NCBI RefSeq assembly: GCF_011386835.1 | Contig: NC_088800.1 | Location: 10,416,001 to 10,480,000, forward strand | Direction of reading: 5' to 3' | Length of the DNA stretch: 64,000 nt | Source of the DNA: Chrysemys picta bellii | Taxonomy: Eukaryota | Part shown: piece after piece, positions 25,261 through 38,296 of the stretch | Numbering within the stretch: the stretch's first letter is position 1 | Layout: each line of letters opens with the position of its first letter | Program-made: the position numbers and the translations under genes | Notes under the pieces: generated by a model | The model's database searches: none | What the model was told of the DNA's origin: nothing | What the model saw: only the letters and a program-made list of their open reading frames with translations

Positions 25261-25367
25261 CACACCATTTATAGTAAAAACATCTGGATTTTTAGATACC
25301 CTATAACATTTCATATAAGGTTTTCTGATGTCAAACCAATGTGTATAAATATTGTACTATTTTTTGT

Positions 25368-26280
25368 TATTATTTGTATTATGGTAGCACCCAGAAGCTC
25401 CAGTCATCAACCAGAACCCCATTGTACTAGACCAGTGCTTCTCAAACTGGGGCCGCCGCTTGTGTAGGGAAAGCCCCTGGCAGGCCGGGCCGGTTTGTTT
25501 ACCTGCCGCGTCCGCAGGTCGGCCGATCGCGGCTCCCACTGGCCAGGTAAACAAACTGGCCCGGCCTGCCAGGGGCTTTCCCTACACAAGCGGTGGCCCC
25601 AGTTTGAGAAACACTGTACTAGATGCTGTACAAACACAGAACAAAAAGATGGGTCCTGCCCAAAAGCTTACTATCTACGTATAAAACAAGAGATTACCGA
25701 TGGATACAGTCAGACAGATGGAAGAGTACAATTAAACAATGAGACAACATTGGTAAGTATGATAGACCATGGTATGAGCACCCCAGCATCCTAACATACC
25801 ATCCGAACATTGTGATGCTTTTTGTAGACATATTGGAAAAGCAGAGTTTTAAGGCGGGTTTAATGGAGCATAATAACTTAGTTTTGCAGATGTTCATGGG
25901 GAACTCCTCAGAAGTGTGAGGGGCAGCATGGGATAAAATATGAAGGTGCTTGTTTGAAAATGCAGAAAGTGGGCAGTGGAGGCTGATAAGGATTAGCTGA
26001 CCTCTCGATACTGAGTGAGAGCTGAGAGGCCCTGAAGGGCCCTGAAAGTAAAGACAAGTAGCTGATGTTTGATGTAATAGAGAAGGGGAAGCTAGTGGAG
26101 GGATGGAAAGAGAGAGGTGTTATGGTCAAAGCGACAAGCTAGGGAAATGATTTTGCAGCAGCATTCTGAATGGATTTGAGCAGTGCAAGTTTGCATTTGT
26201 CTAGGCCAGACAGAGAGGGATGTTGCAGTAATTGAGACACAAGAACCTTGGTGAGAAATTTAGATATCTGGATGGACAGT
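25368..26280 (-). mobile_element. L2 LINE 3' remnant interrupted by a hAT MITE
   Basis: L2-type 3' end ttattatttgtatt...gcacccag...cctgcccaaaagcttactatcta. Purine-rich body typical of antisense L2. Confidence 0.6.
25433..25616. mobile_element. Internally deleted hAT MITE, variant A (184 bp)
   Basis: Both TIRs intact. TSD tactagac / tactagat. The central ~150 bp is missing relative to the other copies. Confidence 0.92.
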
Positions 26281-26480
26281 GGCTGGTCTACACTACAGCT
26301 GTAAGTTGACCTAAGTTACGCTACTTCAGCAAGTAAGTTATGTAACTGAAGTCAACATAATGTAGGTTGACTTACAGCGGTGTCTACACCACGCTGAGTC
26401 GATGGGAGATGCTTTCCCACCAACTTACCTTACGCTTCTCGGGGAGCTGCAGAACAGGAGTCGACAGGAGAGCACTCTGC
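26281..26480 (+). mobile_element. Harbinger-type MITE, left part only (third hairpin variant)
   Basis: Starts ggctggtctacacta. Hairpin tgtaagttgacctaag...taggttgacttaca. No right TIR found. Confidence 0.7.
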
Positions 26481-27049
26481 CTCTATCATCTCCTCATTCT
26501 ATAATACAATAAATATGTATCTTTATTTGATGGAAATATCCTTCAGTGTAGTGATTGAATTAATTTGGCTAAGGTGACAGTGATCTTTTGCTCCATTTTT
26601 GGTTTTGTAAAGTGTGGTTCTGCTCTGAAGAAATGGCATTGTGCGTTCCATGTTTGCTGCTCAGTGACTTCCAGATCATATGTGCACTGTTTATAAGTAA
26701 CAATTGTTATTTTTCTAACTGATCACACTACAAATTCAACTTAAGACCTGAAAGTCTAGCTGTGTTCTTTCTGACTCATGCATTATCATCACTAGTAATA
26801 AAGATTCTATTGATCAGTTTCTGCCTGTCTCTCACTCCTAAGGCTATGTTGGCTCTGCCATGCTATAAAAACTTTTGCCCCTACGGTTTGTAAAAGACTA
26901 TGACTCTGAAAAAAACACAGGAGTAAATCTATTGAAAATACAGGTGCTATATTACACAGTCTTCTTTTTTCAGAGTAGCACTGTACTTTGGGTTCTGAAT
27001 GAAGTTCACAACTGAACCTCAGAGACGGAGAAATTGAACTCTGTGCAGA

Positions 27050-27920
27050 GGCTTAACACGAGGTTAAGTTCTATAGAAACTTTCAGACGATGGCTCAAGT
27101 GGAATTTATCATGCATCGTCATTGTGTGGGCCATTTGCACAAAGTGAATTATACCCACAGTACATTTAAAAATATATATAACAACAGGTCATATCTTTTC
27201 GTTGGCTTAGTGACTATACTTCATGTACTTGCCTCATCACCGATTGGTTCTATCTTTGTTTTTGAATGTTTCTGCAATATCATTATCACATGGCTCCCCA
27301 TAAGAGGCCTTCTCCATTTCAACAACTGATCCTTCATCAGTTAATCTTGGATTCTCAATTATGTTTATTTCATCTTGACCTATGTCTTCTTAGTTGAGTC
27401 AGAAAAGACCACAGCCACAATCCAATCTGACAAGATAAACTGTATAACCAAGCAACGTAAATGATTTTATACTAGTATGCTCAGACTTTTATTAACTTAC
27501 TACTTGTCTGATACATTCTTAGCAATAATGTATGTAATCAACTGTCTCAAATTGCGAGAGTCCGGAAGAACTTTTGTTCACTATGCCACGATGAGTGTAA
27601 AGGCCTTTAAAATGATGAAAATCAATGGCCTAGTTGATGTATTGTCCAGATGCATTGTTGTTGATATAGTGAACTGATATTACCATAAAAGATCAATTTT
27701 GTCTTGAGGTTCTCTCACCTGTGCTGATTGCCACATTTTTCACATATTTAAGCTATTGACATTCAGTAAGACGCAATGATGTAGGTTGGTACCCCCTCCT
27801 GATATTTGACTCCAGTTGTTCATTTCTAGCCACAACTTCAAAATTATTTTGATAACTATGAAAAGTGCTGAATGACCTGAATCTATGAATGGTGCCTTCA
27901 CAACCAAACCATGAATTATA
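27050..27920 (-). pseudogene. Possible pogo/Tigger-like transposase fossil
   Basis: Hand translation of the minus strand gives NTSTRPLIFIILKAF, KSFTLL..VYLV.DW and PRLTDEGSVVEME, in the order expected for a DDE_1 C-terminus. Many stops and frameshifts. Confidence 0.3.
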
Positions 27921-27955
27921 GCATTTTTACTTAAATTGGAACAAAACTTAATTTA

Positions 27956-27986
27956 TTATTGTTATTATTATTATTATTGTTAATAA
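27956..27986. repeat. (TTA)n / (TAA)n microsatellite
   Basis: ttattgttattattattattattgttaataataa. Confidence 0.85.
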
Positions 27987-27999
27987 TAAAAACTTATTT

Positions 28000-28553
28000 C
28001 TAAACCAAAAATTTTCATGATGAAGGCTTTCAGGTTTTCAAATATTTCCACTTTTTTCTTAAAACCAAACATTCTGAGATATCTAATTATTGTTTTTTCT
28101 CCTTTTTCACTATTTTTTCCATTATGCCACCAATTGCAACAGAATGAATTATATATGTAGGGTTCCCCCCTCACCCCCGACTTTCATTATTATCATTTTT
28201 CTGGTTTCCACTCTGACTTTTACAAATCTTTAAATTTGGAGAAGTTACATAATGGAAAAAAAGAAAGTCTGTAACTTTCCAGAGTGGCTGAGTTAGGTTC
28301 AGTTTTCCTTCTGCCACTCTAACTTTTCCAAAACAAAACAAAACTCTGGATATCCTTCGTATCTATTGTACCGAATACCAAAAAAGGGAAAACGAGAAAA
28401 ATGGACAGAAAGGGGGAACAGTGACATTCAAAATTTAGATTTTGTTGTGAAAAGATTTGAAAAAATGTTCCATTTTGAACCTTACAAAATGGTCATAACT
28501 TCAATATTTTGATTTTTTCATGAAATTGTGTTTTCCATTTTTCAACCAGCTCT
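28000..28553. mobile_element. Old AT-rich DNA transposon remnant
   Basis: Ends ttttcaaccagctct. A/T-tract body resembles 38480-38820. Confidence 0.4.
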
Positions 28554-29344
28554 TGTCTTGAGACTGAACTGTTTGCATCACTAGGGTTATCTCAATTCTG
28601 CTTGGCTTGGATTCTTCTTTTACAAGACACTATCCACAGCCACACTGTGTCTCTTCTGAATTAATTGTGGTTTTCTGCTGCATATTTTGAGTCTACACAA
28701 GTCTAATGTACATTGGATTCATCAATCATTGGCCCCATGTATCACTAATGCTAACTACTATATAAAGTGACTCATCCCCTAATTATTCCAAATACCAAGT
28801 GAGTATTCTTGTGACAGGACAATATGAGTTTGTTTGGCATAGAAATGACTAGTATAAAGTGAACACTGACAGAAGGCTTGCAAAATGATCATGAAAATGT
28901 ATCCTGGCACAAACCACATTCACCCATCTCTACTATGATGGTGATAATGGAAGAAAAAATTAATGGTAGTTCACTTGCTCATTAATAAATTACCCCCAAA
29001 GAACTAGCATTTTCTTAGAAGTCATAACTTGAAAAATCAGACAATATGGAAAATACGGTAAAATATTACAAATATTAAAATAGTTTGACAAACTGATTAA
29101 TAAACAACCTCATGAAGAGTCTCAAGGCAAATGACCCACACAAAGGGTTGTGGACAACAATTTTTGGAGGGGGCAGGAGGAGGACTTATCTCTTTGGAAG
29201 GAGGGGGCTTACACCTTCTGATTGTATTTGATTTTTCAATATTGTAATTCAGTATAATAATGATTAGGATATTACCACTTTGTACTTCATTAGCACCTTC
29301 CATTTGTTAATGAATGCTACTTTGATCTATACCAGAGGGGTGTC

Positions 29345-29470
29345 AATGTAATCATCCCCATTTCATAAATGGGAAAATTGAGGCACAAAAAAGATTAAGT
29401 TGCATACCCATGGAAATACTGGAATTTGGACACACCCAGGAATAGAACCCAGTAGAATTGACTCCAGCTG
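29345..29470 (-). mobile_element. MIR-like SINE fragment
   Basis: atccccatttcataaatgggaaaattgaggcac...ggaatagaacccag. Confidence 0.6.
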
Positions 29471-29957
29471 GTGTGAGAGAGCCACAAGAACATTCTTTCT
29501 TTTACTTTATAGGCAGAAGATGCTTGTTGTTTTTTGTGAAATCAAGACAAGGTGGCTATCCAGTTGTGCCTCATTCAAACGTCTGAACATCAGAAACAAC
29601 AATCTATTTAATCTTTCTTTTACATTAAGGCTACATGTTGCATGCCAATCATGCCTGTATAGAACTTAAATCAACCATACATAGCATAGTTGTTCTTTCC
29701 CTTGGATTAAAGATATATGACTTCTATTAATCCAGTTGGTGATGTGTTAGAGTAATGAAATATCAGCCTTATCAAGTGAAGTGCTAATTAGACAAACAGC
29801 TCTATAACCCGGTGTATTTTTCCACAGTTTTACACAGCTAGATGCTGTGGCATTGCCCAACTAGAGCATTGAAACAGAGAAACAACTGTCATTTCTTTAT
29901 TTTAAGCACATATCCTGACTTTTCTGGAAAAACCACAGAAAATATATAGTTATGGGT

Positions 29958-30272
29958 GAGGAAGGATGGGCTGGCAGCTAAGGCCATGGATGGAGGGTCA
30001 GGATATCTGAATCCAATTCCTGGCTGTACCACAGACTTCATGTGTGACCTTGGGCAAGTTAGTTAATCACTCTGTGCCTCAGTTTCCGATTTGTGAAATG
30101 GGGATAGTGAGTCTTCTTTCCTCCTGTTCTTTGTCTGCCTTGTCTATGTACAGTGTCAGCCCTCTGTGGCATGGACTTTTTCCTACTGTCCATACGTGAA
30201 GCATCTAACACATGATGCTCTGATCTCAGTTGGTCCTCTAAGTGCAATTATAATGCAAATAATTAATAATAA
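29958..30272 (+). mobile_element. Near full-length CORE/MIR-like SINE with L2-type tail
   Basis: tgtgtgaccttgggcaagttagttaatcactctgtgcctcagtttcc...gaaatgggga; tail ends gcaaataattaataataat. Confidence 0.75.
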
Positions 30273-32493
30273 TGGACCAGATGAAAAATCCCTGCAACTA
30301 TCAAAGATACTGTGCAGTCACTGAGCCCATCTCAGATATCCCTGTAGCTAGAGGTTAGTGGGAGGGCATTATTTGGTATTGCCACATATAAATTCAGACT
30401 CTCTTAAAGGCTATACGGATACTTTAAAAGCAATAGACAAAGCTTTGCTTGTGAATCTAAAATGTTTTTGAATGTTTCTTTTCATTCACTGCTCCAGGTA
30501 TGACACTGTCCATCTCACTGTCAGGAAAGAATGGAAATGCCTGCCAGAAAAATCACAAATCAAAAGAAAATAGCTTATGAAGCAGAGATGTCTTTTCCAA
30601 AGGGTCTCAAATTATAGAACAATCAGTGTGGGTGGGGTAGATATTATGAACACCTACCTGATCTTTGCAGATACTCAAGTGGCCTGATCTAAATCTTATT
30701 GGTATCAATGGAAAGACTTCCATTGACTTCAGTTGGACTTTGCATCATTTATATCTAATCCTTGTATTGAACAAGTCTAGTCCACTTGGAACTGTTAGGA
30801 CTATTTTTAAGCAAGTTACTAAAAGATATTTAGACAGAAATATCCTTGGCCTGAATGAATCACTTTCTGCATCTAATAGTTTCCCCAGAACCTGTCAAAA
30901 AAAATCATCAAAGGCTAGTACTTAGATAAACAATATCAAGATGCTTGAGTACTAAGCAGTGATAACATTTTACCTTTGTTTGCTGTGAGAAAGAGGGTTG
31001 TACATAAGCCCCACAGAGTTTTAACTTTCACCAAGTTAAATAAAGGTTTAGTAAATGGCATTCGTGCCCTTTTAACCCCCAATATCCAGAGTGCATCCTG
31101 TGTGACCATTCATTACTTATGAAATGGCTGTAATTTATACCAAATGGGGTAGGTGAATTCAAACAGAAAGATACCATCAATGATAAAAAGATAACACTTC
31201 TCTGTAACAGATGCTTCATTTTATGATGGAAATGGGGAAGCTGAATGCTGCAGGTGCCGGGCTGACATTAGGTCTGTGGAGAATCATTAGAGCCTCCTTA
31301 GAGATCTAGGTTTACTCTGTGTTTAATCAGCCACAGTCAGAAGAAATGGCTTCATTTCAGCTTGATGAGAGCCAGATTACAAAAGGAAGATAGATGGCCA
31401 ATAAGGTTCATTACTATAAGCATATTGTCTTAATTTGAAGAAACAAGCTGGCACCCTGTGCTGAGGAAAAAGTAAAGTGCAATATGGCAAATATCAAAAC
31501 CCAGTTATTTCAAGTCTCTGTGCTCCCCATAATGAGAATTTCTTGGTTGTTCTTCTTTTAACCAATATAATTTTTTAAACAAACAAACAAACAAATAAAA
31601 ATGCAACACGCCACCAACTGCCAAGTTCCTCGTGAGATTCCAGTGCTTTAGGTTCCAAAAGGCAGAAGCTTCTTGAAATATTTTGCTCATCTTAACAATT
31701 CTCCAGACTTATATATTTGAATTGACTGTTGATCAAAAAGGTCTCTGCCCATAGTATGAACATATACTGCCTAAAAAGGTCGAGGTGAAACCATCTATTA
31801 AAACCTCCCAAGACACCCACAGTCCAGCTGGACCAATGAAACTGTCAGCCAATATGGGGATGCTTGTGCCAGCAGGAAAAGGTACATTCAAAGGAGGTGG
31901 ACCTAGACCAATGAACGCATTCCCGCAAGAGACAAGTACCTCTCTGCTTTCAGAACTAAATACAGAAGTCCTTTCTTTTACTTAGCTTTCCCTCAATCTG
32001 TTCTTTGTTATTTCTCTCCCTCACAAACACACACACAAAATTTCCCCATAAACTAAACAAGCTGGTTCTTCTACAGGCCAGTGTCAAAGACAGGGCTATT
32101 GTTATTTTGATTTTGAAAAACATGGGGAACTTTCAGATAATGTGATGGGGACAAAACTATTATTACTATTAATAGTTTATTCTGGAGGAGCACCTAGAGA
32201 GGCTCCAATCATGTTGGGATAGGATGGTGACAGGCACTATCCGAACATCTAGATCTTGATTTGCAGAGGTGCTGAGCACTCACAATTTCATTTGAAGTAA
32301 ATGGGAAATGTGGGTGCTTAGCGCTTCTTAAAATCAGGACAGTAGTAAATGCTCCAAAGAGATTACAGTCTAAGGACCTGTTCCAATGGCGTAGTTTCCT
32401 CTGACTCAATGCAGTTTGGATCAGGCCCTGAAAGATAAGAAGGTGGAACAAATGGAGTAGGGCTACAGAGGGATGGGTAACATTAATAATCAG

Positions 32494-32709
32494 GTATCAG
32501 AGGGGTAGCCGTGTTAGTCTGAATCTGTAAAAAGCAACAGAGGGTCCTGTGGCACCTTTGAGACTAACAGAAGTATTGGGAGCATAAGCTTTCATGGGTA
32601 AGAACCTTACTTCTTCAGATGCAACAAGTGAGGTTCTTACCCAAGAAAGCTTATGCTCCCAATACTTCTGTTAGTCTCAAAGGTGCCACAGGACCCTCTG
32701 TTGCTTTTT
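32494..32709. mobile_element. Penelope-like inverted-repeat fragment, second subfamily (copy C)
   Basis: Tail gtatcagaggggtagccgtgttagtctg. Arms about 32529-32612 and 32626-32709 are reverse complements. 12-bp TSD attaataatcag at 32482-32493 and 32710-32721. Confidence 0.82.
32582..32622 (-). ncRNA. Minimal hammerhead-ribozyme-like motif with canonical CUGANGA core (PLE copy C)
   Basis: Minus strand reads GCAU-CUGAAGA-AGUAAGGUUCUUACCCAU-GAA-AGCU-U-AUGC. Stem II is less regular. Confidence 0.55.
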
Positions 32710-35700
32710 ATTAATAATCAGATGTTTCAGTATAGTCTGTGTGCACAATTTGTAGGTGTAATAAGCAGGAATCACAATATGCCACCTACTTAGCTGTTAT
32801 CAGATGGCAGATTTCCATACACATCATGGCAGAGGGGAGTTTTAAGGAGGCACTGGAGGGAGGATACTGTGGTTGCTTTATGGAGCTCGAGGAGGTGTTT
32901 TCAGGCAGCATGAGAGCATGAAGGTGCTTAAGGGAGAAGTGGATAATCAAGGTTGGCAGAGCAATGGAGGGGGTTGACATCACACTGATATAATGGGATG
33001 GACAGAACGGGGCTAAATTGTGAATTGGCTTTGAAAGTAACAACAAGAAGTTTGTATCTGATGCAAAGGAGAAGCCAATGGAGAGTCTTAAAGAGGAGGG
33101 TGATGCGGGTAGGGCGATGGGCCAACCAGGATGCTTTTAGCAGCTGCATTTTGAATGGAGTTGAGGGGGATGAGGTTGCTGTACTCAGGACATGAGACGA
33201 TCATCTAGAACGTCTTGATAGATAAAATAGAAAAACAAAGGATAGGAGTATCCTCCCAGTTGTCACTCGTCTATTATAGATAGTCCCATGCAAATAGTAC
33301 GCTATCTGCCATTTTCCTGGTGTCCAGGAGGGCTTTTCTGCTAACTTCCTTGTTTCATTTCTTTCAGCTTCTAGTCATTCAAGATCTCTTAACCCAATTT
33401 TACACTAATGCAAATATGAAAGTGAAGGAATGACAAATGATTTACACCGTGGTAAGGGAAGAGAATCAGGCCTTTTGAGTCCTTTGAAGCATAAAGAATA
33501 TGCTCACTTTCACCTCACCACTCTTGTTTTCCTAACACATCAAAAAAAGGATCTCAAGCTCTAGCAAGAACAATAACATTCATTTGATCCTCACATACTT
33601 TCCAAATGCCTCCTAGTAAAAGTAATAGCAGCCCATGAATAGTTACACACAAGCAAGTCTTTTTAAACAGTTCTGTACATGTCACATCTGTGGTTTTGCA
33701 ATATATGTTGCATCTCCATGGAGAGAAACCTTTAATTGTTCAACCCAATTTTATAGCTGTACTGACACAAAAGAGTAGTGAACTGATCCCTGAACTGCTC
33801 ATAAAAGTGCATTTGCACAGACTTCTCTATGGAGTGAGCTGAAGATGCCTAGATAGTCTAATGTGAATACATTATCAAACCTTACCTTTACCTAGGCACG
33901 TTGACCACATTTTTCTGAAAACGATAGGCTGAAACATTCACAAAGTGGAGACTTAAGAAGCTTAACAATTGGTAGAAATATTATCATCCACCATCGTGGT
34001 AACATTATCCAGTCATTCCCACCCACAGACATATGCATGCATGCTGGATTTAGGCTTAGAAAACTGCAAACAACACCATAAGTGTGTGGTCCTCAGTGTC
34101 TGAGGATGAAGTGAACAGAAACGTTTCAAGCACGCTAGCTGAAAGAGGGGAGGGGGAAGGGAGAGGAGCGGATTTCCCTGCCTCAGTGACGATCATCTCT
34201 CTTTCTACATACTGCTAAACTATACTTGCCAGGTATGGCTTTTATCCTGCCTTCTGAAGAGCAAACCTTTTGCCTTTTGGAATGCACCAAATAGCATGCA
34301 GTTTAAAAAATATCACCTGGTGAAATATTCTCAGACTTCCTATAGGCCCTTCCCTCCCCTCCTTGCCACTTAGCAATTACTTAATTTAAACGCTGTTATA
34401 ATTAATGGTGAAAGACCAGCTCCTCAGAGCTCTGCACCCAAGCCGGAGGGGGGGGGGGAGACATCGACAGCTTTCTGCGTTTTGCCCCACCCCCCAATAT
34501 CGGTAGGATCCTTGGCATCAATTAAAGCAAGTTCAGAGCTGCTTTAATTTGCACCAGTTGAAAAGACTTGCTAGAGGTCATTCTGTTGGCATAGGATTGC
34601 TCAACACTCTGGCCATGCCTGCTTCTGTCCCTAGGATGCCCATCGCATTCTGCAATGCCCGGAGAAGATGGGCAGGTGGGGTGGCGTGGCATACAGTCAA
34701 TTATTCCAATTTTATGCCACCTGGGATTCCCCAGGAAAAGAGGCCGCCCTGTTAGGACACCTCATTGTTCCCTTTTCATTGCAGCAAAGGGGACAGAGTG
34801 TGTGTCAAGCCTGAACTGTCTGACTTAAAGTTCTTGTTTTAAAAATGAAGCTCAACTTTGCTTTTCTGCAAATCACTCCTATGTGACTCAAAGGGGGGAA
34901 GACGACAATGTAAGTGGACAGACACCAGCTTATTAATAAGCTTTGGGCAGGCTCAGCTCTCTCGTGTATGTGCAAATGCCAATGTTAGCATTGGAAATGC
35001 AACATCATTGGTTTTGGATAGAATTTCTGCCACCAAAGGGCCTGTAAAATCTTGCTCATGTGCACAGACCTTCCTCAGTTGAAGTCAATGGGTAAATAAG
35101 GGTTATTCACAATGAGGAAGGTTTTTTTTTTCCAAGGCTGGGACTTTATTCAGTGACACAAAGAGATACCACTTCACACCTATGATGGGCATGGGGCATC
35201 TCATTAGATTCTGGCAAGAAGGTGGAATTTTCTTCCAAGCACATCTGCTGTCTGTGGACGACATTCAGTGGAATAGATTTTTTTCCCCCTCAGCGTACGC
35301 ACATGCCAAAGCCTTCTTGCGAAAAGTACTTAATGTTCTACAGCATGACAGTCATGCGGTGCCTGCCAGTGCAAAATGAACACCCTTTCTGGGATAGTTG
35401 CCATTTGCACTGGCACCAGATCCTAGTGAAACAATCATGTTGAGGCATTTTACACATGACAGTGAAAGTGCACACATGTGAAGCGCTCCTAAGTACAGTG
35501 CTGCAGATCTTGGCACACTATTTTACATTCTGCTTAGCAATCAAGTACACATGGAGCAAGAGAATCCTGTGCCAGTGACAGTTGCAAGTAGGTGGAATTA
35601 GTACCCACATAAGCAATATATTTGTCAGCAACCTAGGGAAGAATGTGCACCAGTGTTCACTCCAGATAATATCCCTGCTGGGATTTCTGGATATACCATA

Positions 35701-35799
35701 GCGTATTATGGCCTTGAAGGAGGATACTCCGGCAATATGGTTCTATCCACCTATCTGATCATCATTGTATATCTCACTTAATCAGTTCCCTGATTGCAG

Positions 35800-35972
35800 G
35801 AGACAAAGGAGTTGGCAGAACTCCCTCCCTCCTATTCTCTGTCTGTGGGACACAACGCTTTAGTCTTCTGAGGGTTGTACTACTTTGGTCTAATTTGGGT
35901 TGTTGGGTGACCTGTGCTATATCAGATTAGATGATCTGGTGGTCTCTTCTGGCCATGAACTCTATGACTCAG
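35800..35972 (+). mobile_element. Old CR1 3' UTR fragment
   Basis: gacctgtgctat..cagattagatgatctggtggtctcttctggccatgaactctatgactc. Confidence 0.55.
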
Positions 35973-37859
35973 TTGGGTGGTACATATGAAGAATTCAACA
36001 AAAACACAACATTTTCCATTGTGGATCAGACCACTGGTCCACTAAGCCTCCAACAGTGGGCAATACCTCAAGTTTCAGAGGAAGCAACAACCTAAATAGA
36101 TAAACACCCTAGAATGTACCTAAGACAACGGTAAAATGCTTTACAGGACGGAGTCTTCCTGACCACTGCAGAACATCAAGTTTGTCATGAAGCATGAAGT
36201 TAGATTTTCCATATACTGGTCTGTATGGCTACCCATAAAAGCTCAAATTCATCCCTCAACTGGCATTAATGGGTTTGCCAAGGATCATTTCAACCCATAA
36301 CTAGTCAGAAAAATTAAAATTATCCAGCTCTACTTAAAATCCTGCTACAGTATTTGGAGACTGCATTTTTTTTTTTACCTCGAGGATATAGAATAACTGA
36401 TGTAACAGTGAGGCTACTGCAAGGAAGAGGGAAATCTGTACCAGTGGTGAATGGTTCCTGGAGCTAGTTACTCACTCAAATAAGAGATTGTAAAAGAGAA
36501 AATTAATATATTTATCTTCCAGAAAGCTGCCACTTTGTATGTTTGGATCCACAACTTCATTGCTGGGTACCTATTCTGTTTGCTGCTGTAGTTATGTTGC
36601 TTCATTACTTTGCTAGAGAGAGAGGAGAAAAAAAGCTAGTAATTTATGACTCTTATTAATACGGTAGGCTGGATGTGTTGACAACATGTCAATAATTATT
36701 TCTGGAAAGACCCTAACAGTAGACTCGAGGACACTGTAAGATGACTCATTTTACCAGAAGACAGATATGTGTGACCTGAGCTTTATGACAGATGTCAAAT
36801 ATATCGAAGTGTGATATGAGGAAGATCATCTTATTGGCAAAGTAATGAGAGGCCACTGAGAAGATTAATGCTAAGTCTGACTTTTGTTGTGTGTTGTGTC
36901 CCCCTTTCCCATTTTTTCTGTAGGTGAGACAGAGGAAAGAGAGGGATCGGCCATGGTCTCGGGTAGACCTGATGTGAGAGAAATTTGGATATGCAATAAT
37001 CCCGGTCAGTGTGACACCTTCCTTTCTACTGGGAGAGTTTAAAAAACAAACAAACAAAAGCACCTCAGCAGAAATAATCCTGGCTTTTGATAAATCTGTG
37101 GCTCTGCTGTATGTGAGTCCAACTCACCAAACAGTGTGGCCCTCATCTTCCAAGTGGCTAGTGACTTTGAGTGCCCAAGTTATGACACCGTAAAGGGGTC
37201 TTATTTTCAGAACGTGCTAAGTACCCACCTCCTGAAAATGAAGCCCTTTTGTCTCAAATTGGTCATGGTCACCCCAAAATGGAGGCACCCAAATTCACCA
37301 GTCTCTTTGGAAAATGTAGGCCCAGGACATTTTTGTTTTCTGATGATAGCACAATGACACTTTCTTTTCAAATCTGGGACATTAGTCCCTGGGAACAGCT
37401 GAGACACCTTATTTGGTTGGAGTTCCTTGTTTATTACTGATCTGCACAGGAGCTGCGTGCTGTTGGCATTGCTGCTGATTCTCTCTTGAGAAGGAGAGAG
37501 AGAAACAGAGTTCCTTTCAATCTGACTTCTAGAATTCAACAAGGCACTCAGATATCACAGTGATGGTCATGGCACTGCAGCCTGGAATAGAATAGAACAG
37601 AATAGCTCTGGCAGCTTGCCATGCAGTCTAACGGTTTGCACACTAAACTCCTTCCCCAGCAGTGTTAGGGTTCTCAGATTACCACAATATGGTGGCCTTC
37701 AAGGGTCATGCCATTCCATCTTTCTGTTGGCAAGCACACCCCCACATCTCTTTTCTCTTTCATGCCTGCTTATCCCCAGAGGAGCGGAGCTCACAAAGAT
37801 GTCACCTTGAAATAAGGACACTGGACTTGCACTTCTATGATGGACGGAAGGCTACAGAA

Positions 37860-37963
37860 TAGGATGACCAGATATCCCGATATTTGGGGCTTTTTTTTCA
37901 TATGGGCTCCTGTTGCCCCCTACCCCCGTCCCAATTTTTCCCGCTTGCTATCTGGTCACCCTA
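37860..37963. mobile_element. Mini hAT (Blackjack-like) MITE, 104 bp
   Basis: TIRs taggatgaccaga / tctggtcacccta. Perfect 8-bp TSD ctacagaa at 37852-37859 and 37964-37971. Confidence 0.88.
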
Positions 37964-38296
37964 CTACAGAATGCCACGTCGATTGCAGGAATGCTAGGGG
38001 AGCACAACCCGTTCAGTATGACAGGCACAGGTGTGTCCTTTCTCATGGATGGTGTTTAATACAAAACATTGTGTTTGAAATATGAACCAGCCCTTGCATT
38101 TATAAAAGATGGTCATTTGTGTAGATCCCCAAAAGATTAATTACCCCACTATTCTGTGCTTCTGCAGGAAGGAGCTGTTACGAACTAGTGCTTAGGCTTC
38201 TGACTGACTGTTCTGAATGGCTGGGTGCAAATCCTGCTCCTTAGTCTTGTGGCTTGATAAAGCCTGGAATGCATGTTAGGGTACTGAGAAGTGGAG

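Larger units (their letters stand above)
32160..33200 (-). mobile_element. L2 LINE ORF2 C-terminal / 3' remnant hosting PLE copy C
   Basis: 32928-33149 ORF contains ITLLFKTLHWLLLCIRYKLLVVTFKA, the L2 C-terminal motif. Confidence 0.65.
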
